64,000 bases of DNA from contig OY729431.1 in assembly GCA_963422395.1 (NCBI GenBank), positions 224,001 to 288,000 on the forward strand, read 5' to 3'. This DNA is from Vicinamibacteria bacterium. GTDB lineage: Bacteria; Acidobacteriota; Vicinamibacteria; Marinacidobacterales; Marinacidobacteraceae. Under the pieces are notes generated by a model, which made no database searches, had not been told where the DNA came from, and saw only the letters and a program-made list of their open reading frames with translations. The stretch's first letter is position 1; the number at the start of each line of letters is the position of its first letter. The position numbers were made by a program, and so were the translations under genes. Shown piece after piece: positions 37,127-46,049 of the stretch.

Positions 37127-38716
37127 TCAGCCGCGCCGGGCGGCGCGCAGCATGGCGTCGGCGCCCAGCTTTCCGGGAGCGCCCATGACCCCGCCTCCGG
37201 GATGTGCTCCGGAGCCGCAGAGGTAAAGCCCGCGGATGGGGGTGCTGCATTGCGCCCAACCGGCGGCAGGCCGCAGGAAGAACAGCTGTTCGAGGCCCAG
37301 CTCTCCCTGGAATATGTTGCCTTCGGTGAGCCCGGTACGCCGCTCGATGTCGAGCGGAGTGAGCACTTGCCGTTCGAGGATGATGTCCGGCAGGTTCGGC
37401 GCGTAGGCAGCGAGGGTACGGATGACGGTGTCGCCGAAGTCGTCCCGCTGCGCGTCCCAGCCCTTCGCTTCGCCGGAGAGCGCATACGGCGCGTACTGGA
37501 CGAAGATGGACATCACATGCTTTCCCGGCGGCGCCAGCGACGGGTCGAGCAGCGACGGGATGAGCACATCCAGATAGGGCTCCCGGGAGAATCGGCCGTA
37601 CTTCGCATCGTCGTAGGCTCGTTCCAGCGTCTGCCGGTCGGGGCTGATGGAAATGGCGCCCCGCAGGTGGGCGCCCGGCCCCGGGAGCGCGGTGAAGTCG
37701 GGGAGCGCATCGAGGGCCAGATTGACTTTCCCCGAAGAGCCGCGCAGCCGATAGCGCCGGATGTCCTGGACGAATTCGTCCGGCAGCTCGTCGGGATCGA
37801 GCAGCCGCAGGAAGGTCCGGTGGGGGTCGAGGCTCGATCCGACCTGATCCGCGAATATCTCTTCGCCGTTCTCGAGCACCACCCCGGCGGCGCTGCCGGC
37901 GTCGGTCAGGATCCGGCGCACTCCGGCACCGGTCCGAATCTCGACCCCGAAGCTGCGGGCTGCGCCGGCGAGCGCCGCGGCGACCGAACCCATTCCGCCG
38001 CGGGCGAAACCCCACGACCGGGAAGCTCCGTCGAGTTCGCCCAGGTAGTGATGGAGCAGCACATAGGCGGTCCCCGGCGAGGAGATGCCGAGGAAGGTTC
38101 CGATGATCCCGCTCGCCGACAGGGTGGCCTTCAGCGGCTCGGTCTCGAACCAGCGGTCCAGATAGTCGCTCGCGCTCGCCGTCATCAGCCGCGCCAGTTC
38201 GTGGAGGCGCCGGTTCCCCAGACCGGCGAAGTGCCGAACGAGATCACGGGTCCCCAGGATTTCACCGGGGCGGAGCGATCCGACTTGCGGCGGCCGGGTC
38301 ATCAGCAGGCCGCGCACCGCCCGGCTGAACTGATGCATGGCGAGACCGAATCGCGGATAGTCGTCGGCGTCCCGCCGGGAGAACCGCAGCAGCGATTCCC
38401 GCGTCTTCGCCGGATCGTGCCAGCGGGTCAGCGCCCGCCCGTCCCGGAGCGGGGTGAATGTGCCGTCGAGGGGCTGTAGCTGCAGCCCGTGCCGGGCGAG
38501 GTCCAGGTCGGCGATGATCTGCGGCCGTAGCAGGCTGACCACATAGGAAAAGACGGACACCGTGAACCCGGGTCGGATCTCTTCGCTGAAGGTGGCTCCC
38601 CCCACCCGCTCGTTCTTCTCGACGAGCAAGGTCCGCCGCCCCGCGCGCCCCAGATAGGCGGCCGCGATCAGCCCGTTGTGGCCCCCTCCGATGACGAGCG
38701 CGTCGTAACGCTTCAC
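37127..38716 (-). CDS. Phytoene-desaturase-like FAD oxidoreductase (paralogue 1)
   Basis: IGGGHNGLIAAAYL, PGTAYVLLHH, GLTEGNIFQGEL, LCGSGAHPGGGVMGAPG. Confidence 0.9.
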   Translation of the reverse strand: MKRYDALVIGGGHNGLIAAAYLGRAGRRTLLVEKNERVGGATFSEEIRPGFTVSVFSYVVSLLRPQIIADLDLARHGLQLQPLDGTFTPLRDGRALTRWHDPAKTRESLLRFSRRDADDYPRFGLAMHQFSRAVRGLLMTRPPQVGSLRPGEILGTRDLVRHFAGLGNRRLHELARLMTASASDYLDRWFETEPLKATLSASGIIGTFLGISSPGTAYVLLHHYLGELDGASRSWGFARGGMGSVAAALAGAARSFGVEIRTGAGVRRILTDAGSAAGVVLENGEEIFADQVGSSLDPHRTFLRLLDPDELPDEFVQDIRRYRLRGSSGKVNLALDALPDFTALPGPGAHLRGAISISPDRQTLERAYDDAKYGRFSREPYLDVLIPSLLDPSLAPPGKHVMSIFVQYAPYALSGEAKGWDAQRDDFGDTVIRTLAAYAPNLPDIILERQVLTPLDIERRTGLTEGNIFQGELGLEQLFFLRPAAGWAQCSTPIRGLYLCGSGAHPGGGVMGAPGKLGADAMLRAARRG

Positions 38717-38804
38717 GACCTGGGCCCTCCGACCGTTCCCGCAGGAATCTCCAGGCGGCGGGCGGCCCGCCGAAGCAGAGCGTCCGCCGGCGGTCGGGTC
38801 GGCT

Positions 38805-39845
38805 TCAGGGGACCAGCGCGAGACCCCAGGGGGACTCGCCGACCGGGATGCGGGTGACCACGGCGAGAGTCGCGGCGTCCAGCACCGTGATGTCGTTCGA
38901 GGGGCCGTTCGCGGTGTAGAGGAACCGACCGTCGAAGGAGACGGCGATGCCCCAGGGCCGCTCGCCGGCTTCCACACTGCCGGTCACTTCCCCCGCGGCG
39001 AGTTCCACCATCGACACCGTCCGGGTCCTGCCGTTCGCCACATAGAGGGTTCCGGCGTCGGGGGAGAGAGCGACCCCCATGCTCCTCGAGCCTTCGGGGA
39101 GCCGGATCGTGCGGCGGACCCGGTGCTCGGCGACCACGATCTCCGCGACAGTGCCGTCGATCTCCGAGGAGACATAGGCGTACGCCCCGTCCGGGGTGAA
39201 GACCAGATCGCGGGGGCGGTGGCCGACTCGGATCCGGGTGATTTCGTCGCCGCTGGCGGTGTCGAGAACGGTCACATCGTGATCGGTCTCGCCGGTGACA
39301 TAGGCGAGGGTTCCGTCGGGGCTGATGCGCACGCCCTCGGGCTCTTTGCCCACCGGGACGGTGCGGAGGATCTCGCCGGATTCGAGGTCCACCAAGCTCG
39401 CTTCGTCGCTGTCCTCGTTGGACACCACGATCCGCGCGCCGTCGGGGGTGATGTCGAAGGTTTCGGGATCCGAGCCGCCGGGCAGCAGCCGGGTCTTCGC
39501 CTTCGCTTCGAGGTCCACTTCCGCGATGCCGTCCTCGGACTTGTCGGGTTCGCCGCACTCCTCCTCATCCCTCCACGGCGGGCACTTGGGAGAGCCGGAA
39601 ACCGCCACATAGGCGAACGCGCCGTCCGGCGAGACCCGCACCCCGCGAGGCCGCCGGCCCACTTCGACTTCGGCGAGAACGGCGTGGGTCTCCAGCGAAA
39701 CGATGCTCAGCGTTCCGCTGTCCTCGTTCGTCACGAGCAACAGAGCAGCGGCGTCCGGCGGCCCCGCTCCTTCTGGATCGGACCCGCCGCAACCGGCGGA
39801 AAACGCGGCGGGCACCGCGAAGAGCGCGAGTGCTGTCCGGCTCAC
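38805..39845 (-). CDS. YVTN beta-propeller lipoprotein (PQQ-catabolism-associated type)
   Basis: Lipobox SAGC; repeats VGRRPRG, VGKEPEG, VGHRPRD, AGERPWG; GTGA overlap with the PQQ dehydrogenase gene. Confidence 0.85.
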   Translation of the reverse strand: MSRTALALFAVPAAFSAGCGGSDPEGAGPPDAAALLLVTNEDSGTLSIVSLETHAVLAEVEVGRRPRGVRVSPDGAFAYVAVSGSPKCPPWRDEEECGEPDKSEDGIAEVDLEAKAKTRLLPGGSDPETFDITPDGARIVVSNEDSDEASLVDLESGEILRTVPVGKEPEGVRISPDGTLAYVTGETDHDVTVLDTASGDEITRIRVGHRPRDLVFTPDGAYAYVSSEIDGTVAEIVVAEHRVRRTIRLPEGSRSMGVALSPDAGTLYVANGRTRTVSMVELAAGEVTGSVEAGERPWGIAVSFDGRFLYTANGPSNDITVLDAATLAVVTRIPVGESPWGLALVP

Positions 39846-41488
39846 CGGTCTTCGTTCTCCCCGGGAGCGGTGCCGCCCGCGGGAGCGAGCCCGAAGGTGA
39901 GCACCGATTGCCCAGCGGCCACCGAGAGGAACTGCTCCCCGTCGATCGCGAAGCTCATCGGCGCCGCCCGCACTTCGCCGCCGGCATGGAAATCCCAGAG
40001 CGCCTCGCCCGAATCGGCGTCGAGGGCGAAGAGGTTGCCTTCCATCGTCCCCGAAATCACCAATCCGGTCGCGGTGGCGAGCACGCCGGAGACGGCCGGG
40101 GTCAGCATCTCGAACTCCCACTTGCGCTCACCGGTCAGCGGGTCGAGCGCCCGGATAGCCCCGTAGGCGGCCTCGCCGCCGAGCCGCCGCTCACCGCCGC
40201 CGAGGAATGGCGTCCCCGGCTCGTATTCCGCTTCGCTCTTGAAGTAGATGGACGCCATCTCCCGCGTCGGCACGAACAGCGACTGCCGGTCGGGGTCGTA
40301 GGCCGGGCTGTACCAGTTCGTCGAACCGGCGAGGCTCGGCCAGACCAGCGTGCCCTCTTCGCTCGGGTCCATGCCGGGAACGAGCACCGGGCGTCCGTTC
40401 TCATCGATTCCCTCCGCCCAGGTCTGCTTCGCGTACTGGGTGGCCCGCAGGAACTGTCCGGTCTCGCGGTCGAGCACATAGAAAAATGCGTTGCGGTTGG
40501 CGAGGACGACCAGTTTCCGCATCGAGCCCTCCCATACGGCATCCACCAGCACCGGAATCTGGTTGGCGTCCCAGTCGTGGGTGTCGTGCGGGGTGAACTG
40601 GAAGTGCCAGCGCAGCTCGCCGGTCTCCACCTCGATGGCCACCAGCGAGCAGGTGTAGAGGTTGTCTCCGGGGCGGGAATCGCCGTTCCAGTCCGGGGCC
40701 GGGTTCCCGGTCCCCCAGTAGAGGAGCCCGAGTTCCGGGTCGTAGGAACCGGTGAGCCAGGTCGCGCCGCCGCCGGTCTTCCAGCTGTCGCCTCCCCAGG
40801 TGTCGTTTCCGGGCTCACCCTCCCCGGGAACCGCCCACCAGCGCCAGGCCCGCTCGCCGGTCTCCGCGTCGTAGGCGTCGAGAAAGCCGCGGACTCCGGC
40901 CTCGCCGCCGCTGATCCCCACGATCACCTTCCCATCCACCGCGAGCGGCGCCGCGGTCACCGCGTAGCCGACCGCATTGTCGGCGAGCTGCGTCGTCCAG
41001 CGGACATCGCCGGCGGTGCGGTCCAGCGCGATCAAGCGGGCGTCGAGGGTCCCGAAGAACACCGAATCCCCAAGCAGCGCCACGCCCCGGTTGGTGCGCG
41101 GAAAGCCGATGTTCAGCGTCTCGTCGGGCACGACCGGATCGTGCCGCCACAGCCGGCGCCCGGTGCGGGCGTCGAGTGCCGCGATCGTGCTCGGGGGCTC
41201 GGCGAGGTACATCACCCCGTCCACCACCAGCGGCGTCACTTCGACCCGGCCCGCAGTGCCCGTCTGGTAGATCCAGGCGGGTCGGAGACGGGAGACGTTC
41301 CCGGGAGTGATCTGTTCGAGCCGGGTGAAGCGTTCCGAGCGGTAGTTGCCCGAATAGGTGAGCCAGTGTTCCGGCTCGTCGTCGCTGGCGGCCAGCCGGG
41401 AATAGGACACCTGAGCCGCCGCCGGGACGGCGGCGAGGGCGATCAGAGCGGCGAGCACGGCAGAACCGCGCGGATTCCGAATCGTCAT
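39842..41488 (-). CDS. PQQ-dependent dehydrogenase, methanol/ethanol family
   Basis: WLTYSGNY, TPLVVDGVMY, ISGGEAGVRG, WGTGNPAPDW, FTPHDTHDWD, Trp-docking repeats; signal peptide. Confidence 0.9.
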   Translation of the reverse strand: MTIRNPRGSAVLAALIALAAVPAAAQVSYSRLAASDDEPEHWLTYSGNYRSERFTRLEQITPGNVSRLRPAWIYQTGTAGRVEVTPLVVDGVMYLAEPPSTIAALDARTGRRLWRHDPVVPDETLNIGFPRTNRGVALLGDSVFFGTLDARLIALDRTAGDVRWTTQLADNAVGYAVTAAPLAVDGKVIVGISGGEAGVRGFLDAYDAETGERAWRWWAVPGEGEPGNDTWGGDSWKTGGGATWLTGSYDPELGLLYWGTGNPAPDWNGDSRPGDNLYTCSLVAIEVETGELRWHFQFTPHDTHDWDANQIPVLVDAVWEGSMRKLVVLANRNAFFYVLDRETGQFLRATQYAKQTWAEGIDENGRPVLVPGMDPSEEGTLVWPSLAGSTNWYSPAYDPDRQSLFVPTREMASIYFKSEAEYEPGTPFLGGGERRLGGEAAYGAIRALDPLTGERKWEFEMLTPAVSGVLATATGLVISGTMEGNLFALDADSGEALWDFHAGGEVRAAPMSFAIDGEQFLSVAAGQSVLTFGLAPAGGTAPGENEDR

Positions 41489-42318
41489 TGCGGCGGATCT
41501 CCTGCAGAGCCGCGGAGGGAAGCGAGGTAGGCGACCAGGTCGTCCAGCTCGTCGTCCCGAAAGTCCGCGTAGTCCATCATCATGCTCTCGTTCGGCAGCA
41601 GCTGGAGTTCCCGAACTTCGCTCTTGCGGAACGAGCGGTGCCGGCCGGCCTGATCGATCATCTGGATGGTGAAGGTGTCCTCTTCGACACGGACTCCCAT
41701 CACCTGGGCGCCGTTCGCATCTTCGATCCGCACCGAACGGAAGCGGGGGGAGACCACCTTCGCCGGGTCTTGGATGGATTCCCGAAGATAGGCGCTGCCG
41801 CGCAGGAGTCCGATGTCCGAGAGGTCCGGCCCGAGCGCCATGCCCTGGCCGTTCACGATGTGGCAAGTGGAACAGAGCGTGGCCTCGTAGAGCGCGCGGC
41901 CCTGCACCGGGTCGCCGGGCAGCTGCTCTCGCGGCGCCACTCCGAGAGAGCGCACATACGCGGCGACATCGCGAATCTCCCGAGTGTTCAGCGATCCGTG
42001 GCCCGGCATGTCGGTGCCTGGAATGCCGTCCTCCACGATCTCGAGCAAGGCCTCGTCGGCGGTCGAACGCCGGAGGTTCTCGCGCATCAGGTTCGGACCT
42101 TCGCCGCCCGTGCCGCCCTGCCCGTGGCAACGGGTGCAGTGGATCCCGAAGATGCGTTCGCCGTGCTCCCGTGCATCGGCGCTCGCATCGGCAAGGGTTT
42201 GGGTGTTCGCCTGGATATTCGCTCGGGCAGCCGCCGGCGGGCCGAGTAGCAGGCCGAACAGTGAGCCGAGCAGCGACGCGGCGCCGAGCGCGAGGTTGTG
42301 CGTCAGGTGCTTCCCCAT
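41485..42318 (-). CDS. Di-haem cytochrome c
   Basis: CTRCH and CSTCH; GPDLSDIG...YLRESI; ATGA overlap with the PQQ dehydrogenase gene. Confidence 0.9.
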   Translation of the reverse strand: MGKHLTHNLALGAASLLGSLFGLLLGPPAAARANIQANTQTLADASADAREHGERIFGIHCTRCHGQGGTGGEGPNLMRENLRRSTADEALLEIVEDGIPGTDMPGHGSLNTREIRDVAAYVRSLGVAPREQLPGDPVQGRALYEATLCSTCHIVNGQGMALGPDLSDIGLLRGSAYLRESIQDPAKVVSPRFRSVRIEDANGAQVMGVRVEEDTFTIQMIDQAGRHRSFRKSEVRELQLLPNESMMMDYADFRDDELDDLVAYLASLRGSAGDPPQ

Positions 42319-42512
42319 GGTGGACCGTTCTCCGCGGCCCCGGACTGTACCAATGCGGCGGGCGGTCTTCATGCGGTCCGGGTATCGAGTGATGCGAAGT
42401 CTTCGATCGGGATGGGGAAAGATGCTCGGGTCCGGAGCGCTCCGGACGATCTGACTACCATTCGTCCGACGCTTCGCTCTCCCCGGCCCTCCTCCGGAGC
42501 CGGGCACCGACC

Positions 42513-43715
42513 ATGGCCCGCGGCACCCCCTTCCATCGACGCACGAAGCCGCTCTGCACCAGCTTCCGCTGGAAGGAGTGGTCCGGGTACTTCGTCGCGC
42601 ACGCCTACGACTCCTTCCCGGACCCCGAGTACCACGCGGTCCGCTCGGGCGCGGCGCTCCTGGATGTTTCTCCACTCTGCAAGTACGACTTCCGCGGGCC
42701 GGATGCCACCGCGTTCACCGATCGGCTCATCACTCGCGACGTGACCCGCTCCCGCGTGGGGCAGGTGCTCTATTCGAGCTGGTGCGATTCCCGGGGGAAA
42801 TTGCTGCAGGACGGTTGCTTCCAGCGCTTCGCCGATACCTTCGTGCGGGCCACCACCGTGCACCCTTCGCTCCCCTGGTTCGAGCTGGTAGCCGAGGGGC
42901 TGGATGTCCGGATCGAGGATGTCTCGGAGCGGTTCGCGGCGCTGGCCCTCCAGGGGCCCACTTCCTGCTCCATCCTGAACGCGCTCGCCGACGAGGATCT
43001 CTCGGGGCTCCGCTACTTCCGCCTTCGGGAAACGCGGCTCGGAGGCGTGCCGGCGGTGGTGACCCGCACTGGCTATACCGGCGATCTCGGTTACGAAATC
43101 TGGGTCGGGCGAGAGGCGGCGCTCCGGCTCTGGGACCTGCTCCGGGAAGCGGGCGAGCCGCGCGGCCTCGTACCGGCGGGGATGGCGGCTCTCGATCGGG
43201 CGCGGGTGGAAGCCGGATTACCGCTGATCGATGTGGATTTCTGGAACGCCGACCTCGCCCTGACCGAGGAGCAGAAGTCCACCCCGTTCGAAGTCGGCCT
43301 CGGCTGGACGGTGAGCGCGAAGAAGGGGCCGTTCCTCGGTCAGCAGGCGCTCCTCGCCGAGCGGGTGCGCGGCCCCGAGCGCTTCTTCGTCGGCATCGAG
43401 ACCCCGATCGGGGAGATCGAGCGCCTCTTCGCGCTGGCGGGTCTCGCGCCCGAGGTCGGTGACGAAGTGGACCGCCGCGGCGTTCCCGTCTATGCCGGTC
43501 CCCGGCAGGTGGGCCGCGCCACCAGCGTGTGTTGGTCCCCGCTGCTCAAACGGCAGATCGCGCTCGCCACCGTGGAGCGGGGCTACCAACAGCCGGGAAC
43601 GCGGCTGGATGTGGAGCTGACGGTGGAGTACGAACGGCATCGGGCGCGCTCGCGAGTGGCGCCGCTGCCGTTCTTCGACCCTCCGAGGAAGCGCCGGACG
43701 CCCGCCGCGAGCTGA
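42513..43715 (+). CDS. GcvT-like aminomethyltransferase / THF-dependent demethylase
   Basis: TPFH, LLDVSPL, LALQGP, TRTGYTGDLGYEI, ARVEAGL, FFDPPRKR. Confidence 0.9.
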   Translation: MARGTPFHRRTKPLCTSFRWKEWSGYFVAHAYDSFPDPEYHAVRSGAALLDVSPLCKYDFRGPDATAFTDRLITRDVTRSRVGQVLYSSWCDSRGKLLQDGCFQRFADTFVRATTVHPSLPWFELVAEGLDVRIEDVSERFAALALQGPTSCSILNALADEDLSGLRYFRLRETRLGGVPAVVTRTGYTGDLGYEIWVGREAALRLWDLLREAGEPRGLVPAGMAALDRARVEAGLPLIDVDFWNADLALTEEQKSTPFEVGLGWTVSAKKGPFLGQQALLAERVRGPERFFVGIETPIGEIERLFALAGLAPEVGDEVDRRGVPVYAGPRQVGRATSVCWSPLLKRQIALATVERGYQQPGTRLDVELTVEYERHRARSRVAPLPFFDPPRKRRTPAAS

Positions 43716-43857
43716 CACGCGGCCCCGTCCGGAAAAAGAGGCGCGCAGAGACGACGGGGGCGTGCACGGTCGACCGCGGACGAAAAAAGTGTCAGACAAG
43801 ACGCCGAGCGATCCTTTCTCCGAGGAACCTTCCCGAAAACTCGAGAAGTATCGAAGC

Positions 43858-44985
43858 GTGTCCGATCCGATCTATCCCGACACCAGGCCGACCGCTCCGG
43901 CGGGAGCCCGGACGCTTCCAGCGCGCTACTACCGGGACCCGGCACTCTTCGAGCTCGAAAGCGAGCGGATCCATCGCTCCATGTGGAACGCTGCCTGCCC
44001 AGCCGCCGACCTCCCGAAGACCGGCGACTATCGGCTCGCCCGGATCGCCGGCGACTCGTTGATCCTCGTCCGGGGCGAAGCGGGGATCGTCCACGCCCAC
44101 CACAATGTCTGCCGGCACCGCGGGACCCGGATGGTGGAGGCCGAAACTGGATGCTTGCCGGGCTCCATCCAGTGCCCCTACCACGCCTGGACCTACGGCC
44201 TCGACGGCGCGCTGCGCCGCGCGCCCCACATGGACCGGGTGGAGGGCTTTTCGGTTTCGAACTATCCGCTCGTGCCGGCGGCCTGCGAGATCTGGGGCGG
44301 GATCGTCTTCGTCCGTATCGAACCCGAAGGCCCGCCGCTCACCAGGCAGCTCGGCCCGGCCGCCGCCCGTCTCGAACCATGGGACCTTTCGAGCTTGCGG
44401 AGCGTGCACACCGAGACCTATGCACTGAACGCCAACTGGAAGCTCGTCGTCCAGAATTTCTCCGAATGCCTCCACTGTCCGGTCATCCATCCGCAGCTCC
44501 AGCGCCTCTCCCACTATCTGAGCGGGGATAACCATCCGTTGAGCCCGGGCGCGGTGGGTTCGACGATGGAACTCGGCGACGGAGTCGAAACGCTCTCCAC
44601 CGACGGCCGGCTGGTCGGCACGCCGCTGCCGGGGCTGCCTCCCGCGGCGCGGCGGCAGGTGGCCTACGAGATCCTGTTGCCGAACCTGATGTTCTGCCTC
44701 CACCCCGACTACGCGGTGCGCTACCTGCTGCGCCCCCTCGCGGTGGACCGGACCGCGGTTCGCTGCGACTGGCTGTTCCGCGAAGATGTGCTTTCCCGCG
44801 AGGGCTTCGATCCCGCCCGCGCCGTTGCGTTCTGGGACGAAACGAACCGGCAGGACTGGCGGGTCACCGAACTCGCGCAGGCCGGGATCGCGTCGAGTGC
44901 CTACCGCTCCGGCCCCTACTCGAACCGCGAGGACCAGTTGTGGGAAATAGACCGCTTCATCCTCACCCGCCTCGGAGGGGTATAG
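43858..44985 (+). CDS. Rieske non-haem iron oxygenase alpha subunit (choline monooxygenase/GbcA-like)
   Basis: NVCRHRG...CPYHAWTY Rieske motif; NFSECLHCPVIHP iron site; QDWRVTE. Start uncertain. Confidence 0.9.
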   Translation: MSDPIYPDTRPTAPAGARTLPARYYRDPALFELESERIHRSMWNAACPAADLPKTGDYRLARIAGDSLILVRGEAGIVHAHHNVCRHRGTRMVEAETGCLPGSIQCPYHAWTYGLDGALRRAPHMDRVEGFSVSNYPLVPAACEIWGGIVFVRIEPEGPPLTRQLGPAAARLEPWDLSSLRSVHTETYALNANWKLVVQNFSECLHCPVIHPQLQRLSHYLSGDNHPLSPGAVGSTMELGDGVETLSTDGRLVGTPLPGLPPAARRQVAYEILLPNLMFCLHPDYAVRYLLRPLAVDRTAVRCDWLFREDVLSREGFDPARAVAFWDETNRQDWRVTELAQAGIASSAYRSGPYSNREDQLWEIDRFILTRLGGV

Positions 44986-45443
44986 GGCTTCTTTCGAGAA
45001 GTAACCCTGCCGCCTGCCTGACGCCGAGCGCCGCCATCGGAGGAACGGCTTCCAGCCGGATCGTCCCGACTGGGAAGAGCCGCTTGCCGCCTGGGCGAAC
45101 ACCAGCCTCGGCCTCTTTGCTCTTCTGGTGGATCGGCTCGGCGCAGCAGTCGGGACGCACGAGGCTCACGATCAGCCGGCTGCCCGACCTGCCGGTGCTG
45201 GATCTGCGGGCGCTCGAAGGCGAGACGCTCGGCAGGCTGCGCATTGCCTTCGCCGCCCTGTCCGGTGAGACTCTCCTGCCCGCCCACCGCGCTTCGGAAG
45301 ATCCGGCTCGGAAAGAGCTCGACCGCCTGGTGCTGGAAGAGGCGCTCGGCTTCGGTGCCGGAGCGCTGGCTCAGGTGGCCCTGCTCCGCAAGAAGTGGAG
45401 CGCCGAGCCCTCCGTCCACGGCGGCAAACATCCTCCCGCATAG
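44986..45443 (+). pseudogene. C-terminal remnant of a large gene, probably a type IIG-like restriction-modification enzyme
   Basis: No plausible start; with two compensating frameshifts (about 45043 and 45116) it reads ACLTPSAAIGG/NGFQPDRPDWEEPLAAWANTSLGL/LFWWIGSAQQSGRTRLTISRLPDLPVLD...EPSVHGGK; N(S/T)xLG and LPxLPVLD resemble MTase target-recognition tails (from recall). Confidence 0.5.
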
Positions 45444-45525
45444 CCCGAAAGGGGCGGGCAGCCGAGGCCTTCGGCAGCCTCTTCGTCTGTCTGGTGCATG
45501 CCTGCGGCGCTTCGAGCGGCACTCG

Positions 45526-46032
45526 TCAACTCTCCACGGTGCCCCTGCCGTCGGTGCGGAAATCCAGGTTTCGAATCAGCCGAAAGGTAGTGCAGCACTC
45601 TACGCCCAGGCCGTCCGAGACATCGGGAATGCGCCGATTCGCCCGCTGCTTCTTTGGCTTGGAGACTTCCTGTGTGACCACGATCCGGTGTTCGACATCG
45701 CAGAGTGCGTAGGCGACGAGAAACGGATCACGACCGAGCCCTTCGAGCTCTCCATCCGTCAGATCGGGGGCATACCCCTTGGAAACGACGCAGTCGACCA
45801 AGGATTGCTCGACAGACTCCTCCAACAACAGGGGTCTTCGATGATCCTTCATCCATGCGACGAGCTCGTCGGGAGCCCCGGCGGTTACTTCCTCGTAACA
45901 CTCCTTCGGGATTTTCAACCGGCCGGCATTCGCCATCCGCAGCAGCCAGGTCCAGAACTCGGGAACGCGGTCTAGCGGGTAGTAGTCCCGGTGCGCATCG
46001 ATCATCACATTGGCGTCCAACAGATAGAGCAT
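45526..46032 (-). CDS. DUF4411-family PIN-domain protein
   Basis: YLLDANVMI, YYPLDRVPEFW, DPFLVAYA, VVTQE, IPDV. Confidence 0.85.
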   Translation of the reverse strand: MLYLLDANVMIDAHRDYYPLDRVPEFWTWLLRMANAGRLKIPKECYEEVTAGAPDELVAWMKDHRRPLLLEESVEQSLVDCVVSKGYAPDLTDGELEGLGRDPFLVAYALCDVEHRIVVTQEVSKPKKQRANRRIPDVSDGLGVECCTTFRLIRNLDFRTDGRGTVES

Positions 46033-46049
46033 CGAGTTCCGGAAGGCGC

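Noticed and set aside
35542-38716. Carotenoid biosynthesis (crtI) assignment
   Set aside because: No crtB/crtE-like genes nearby; the paired paralogues with a GcvT-like neighbour point to catabolism instead.
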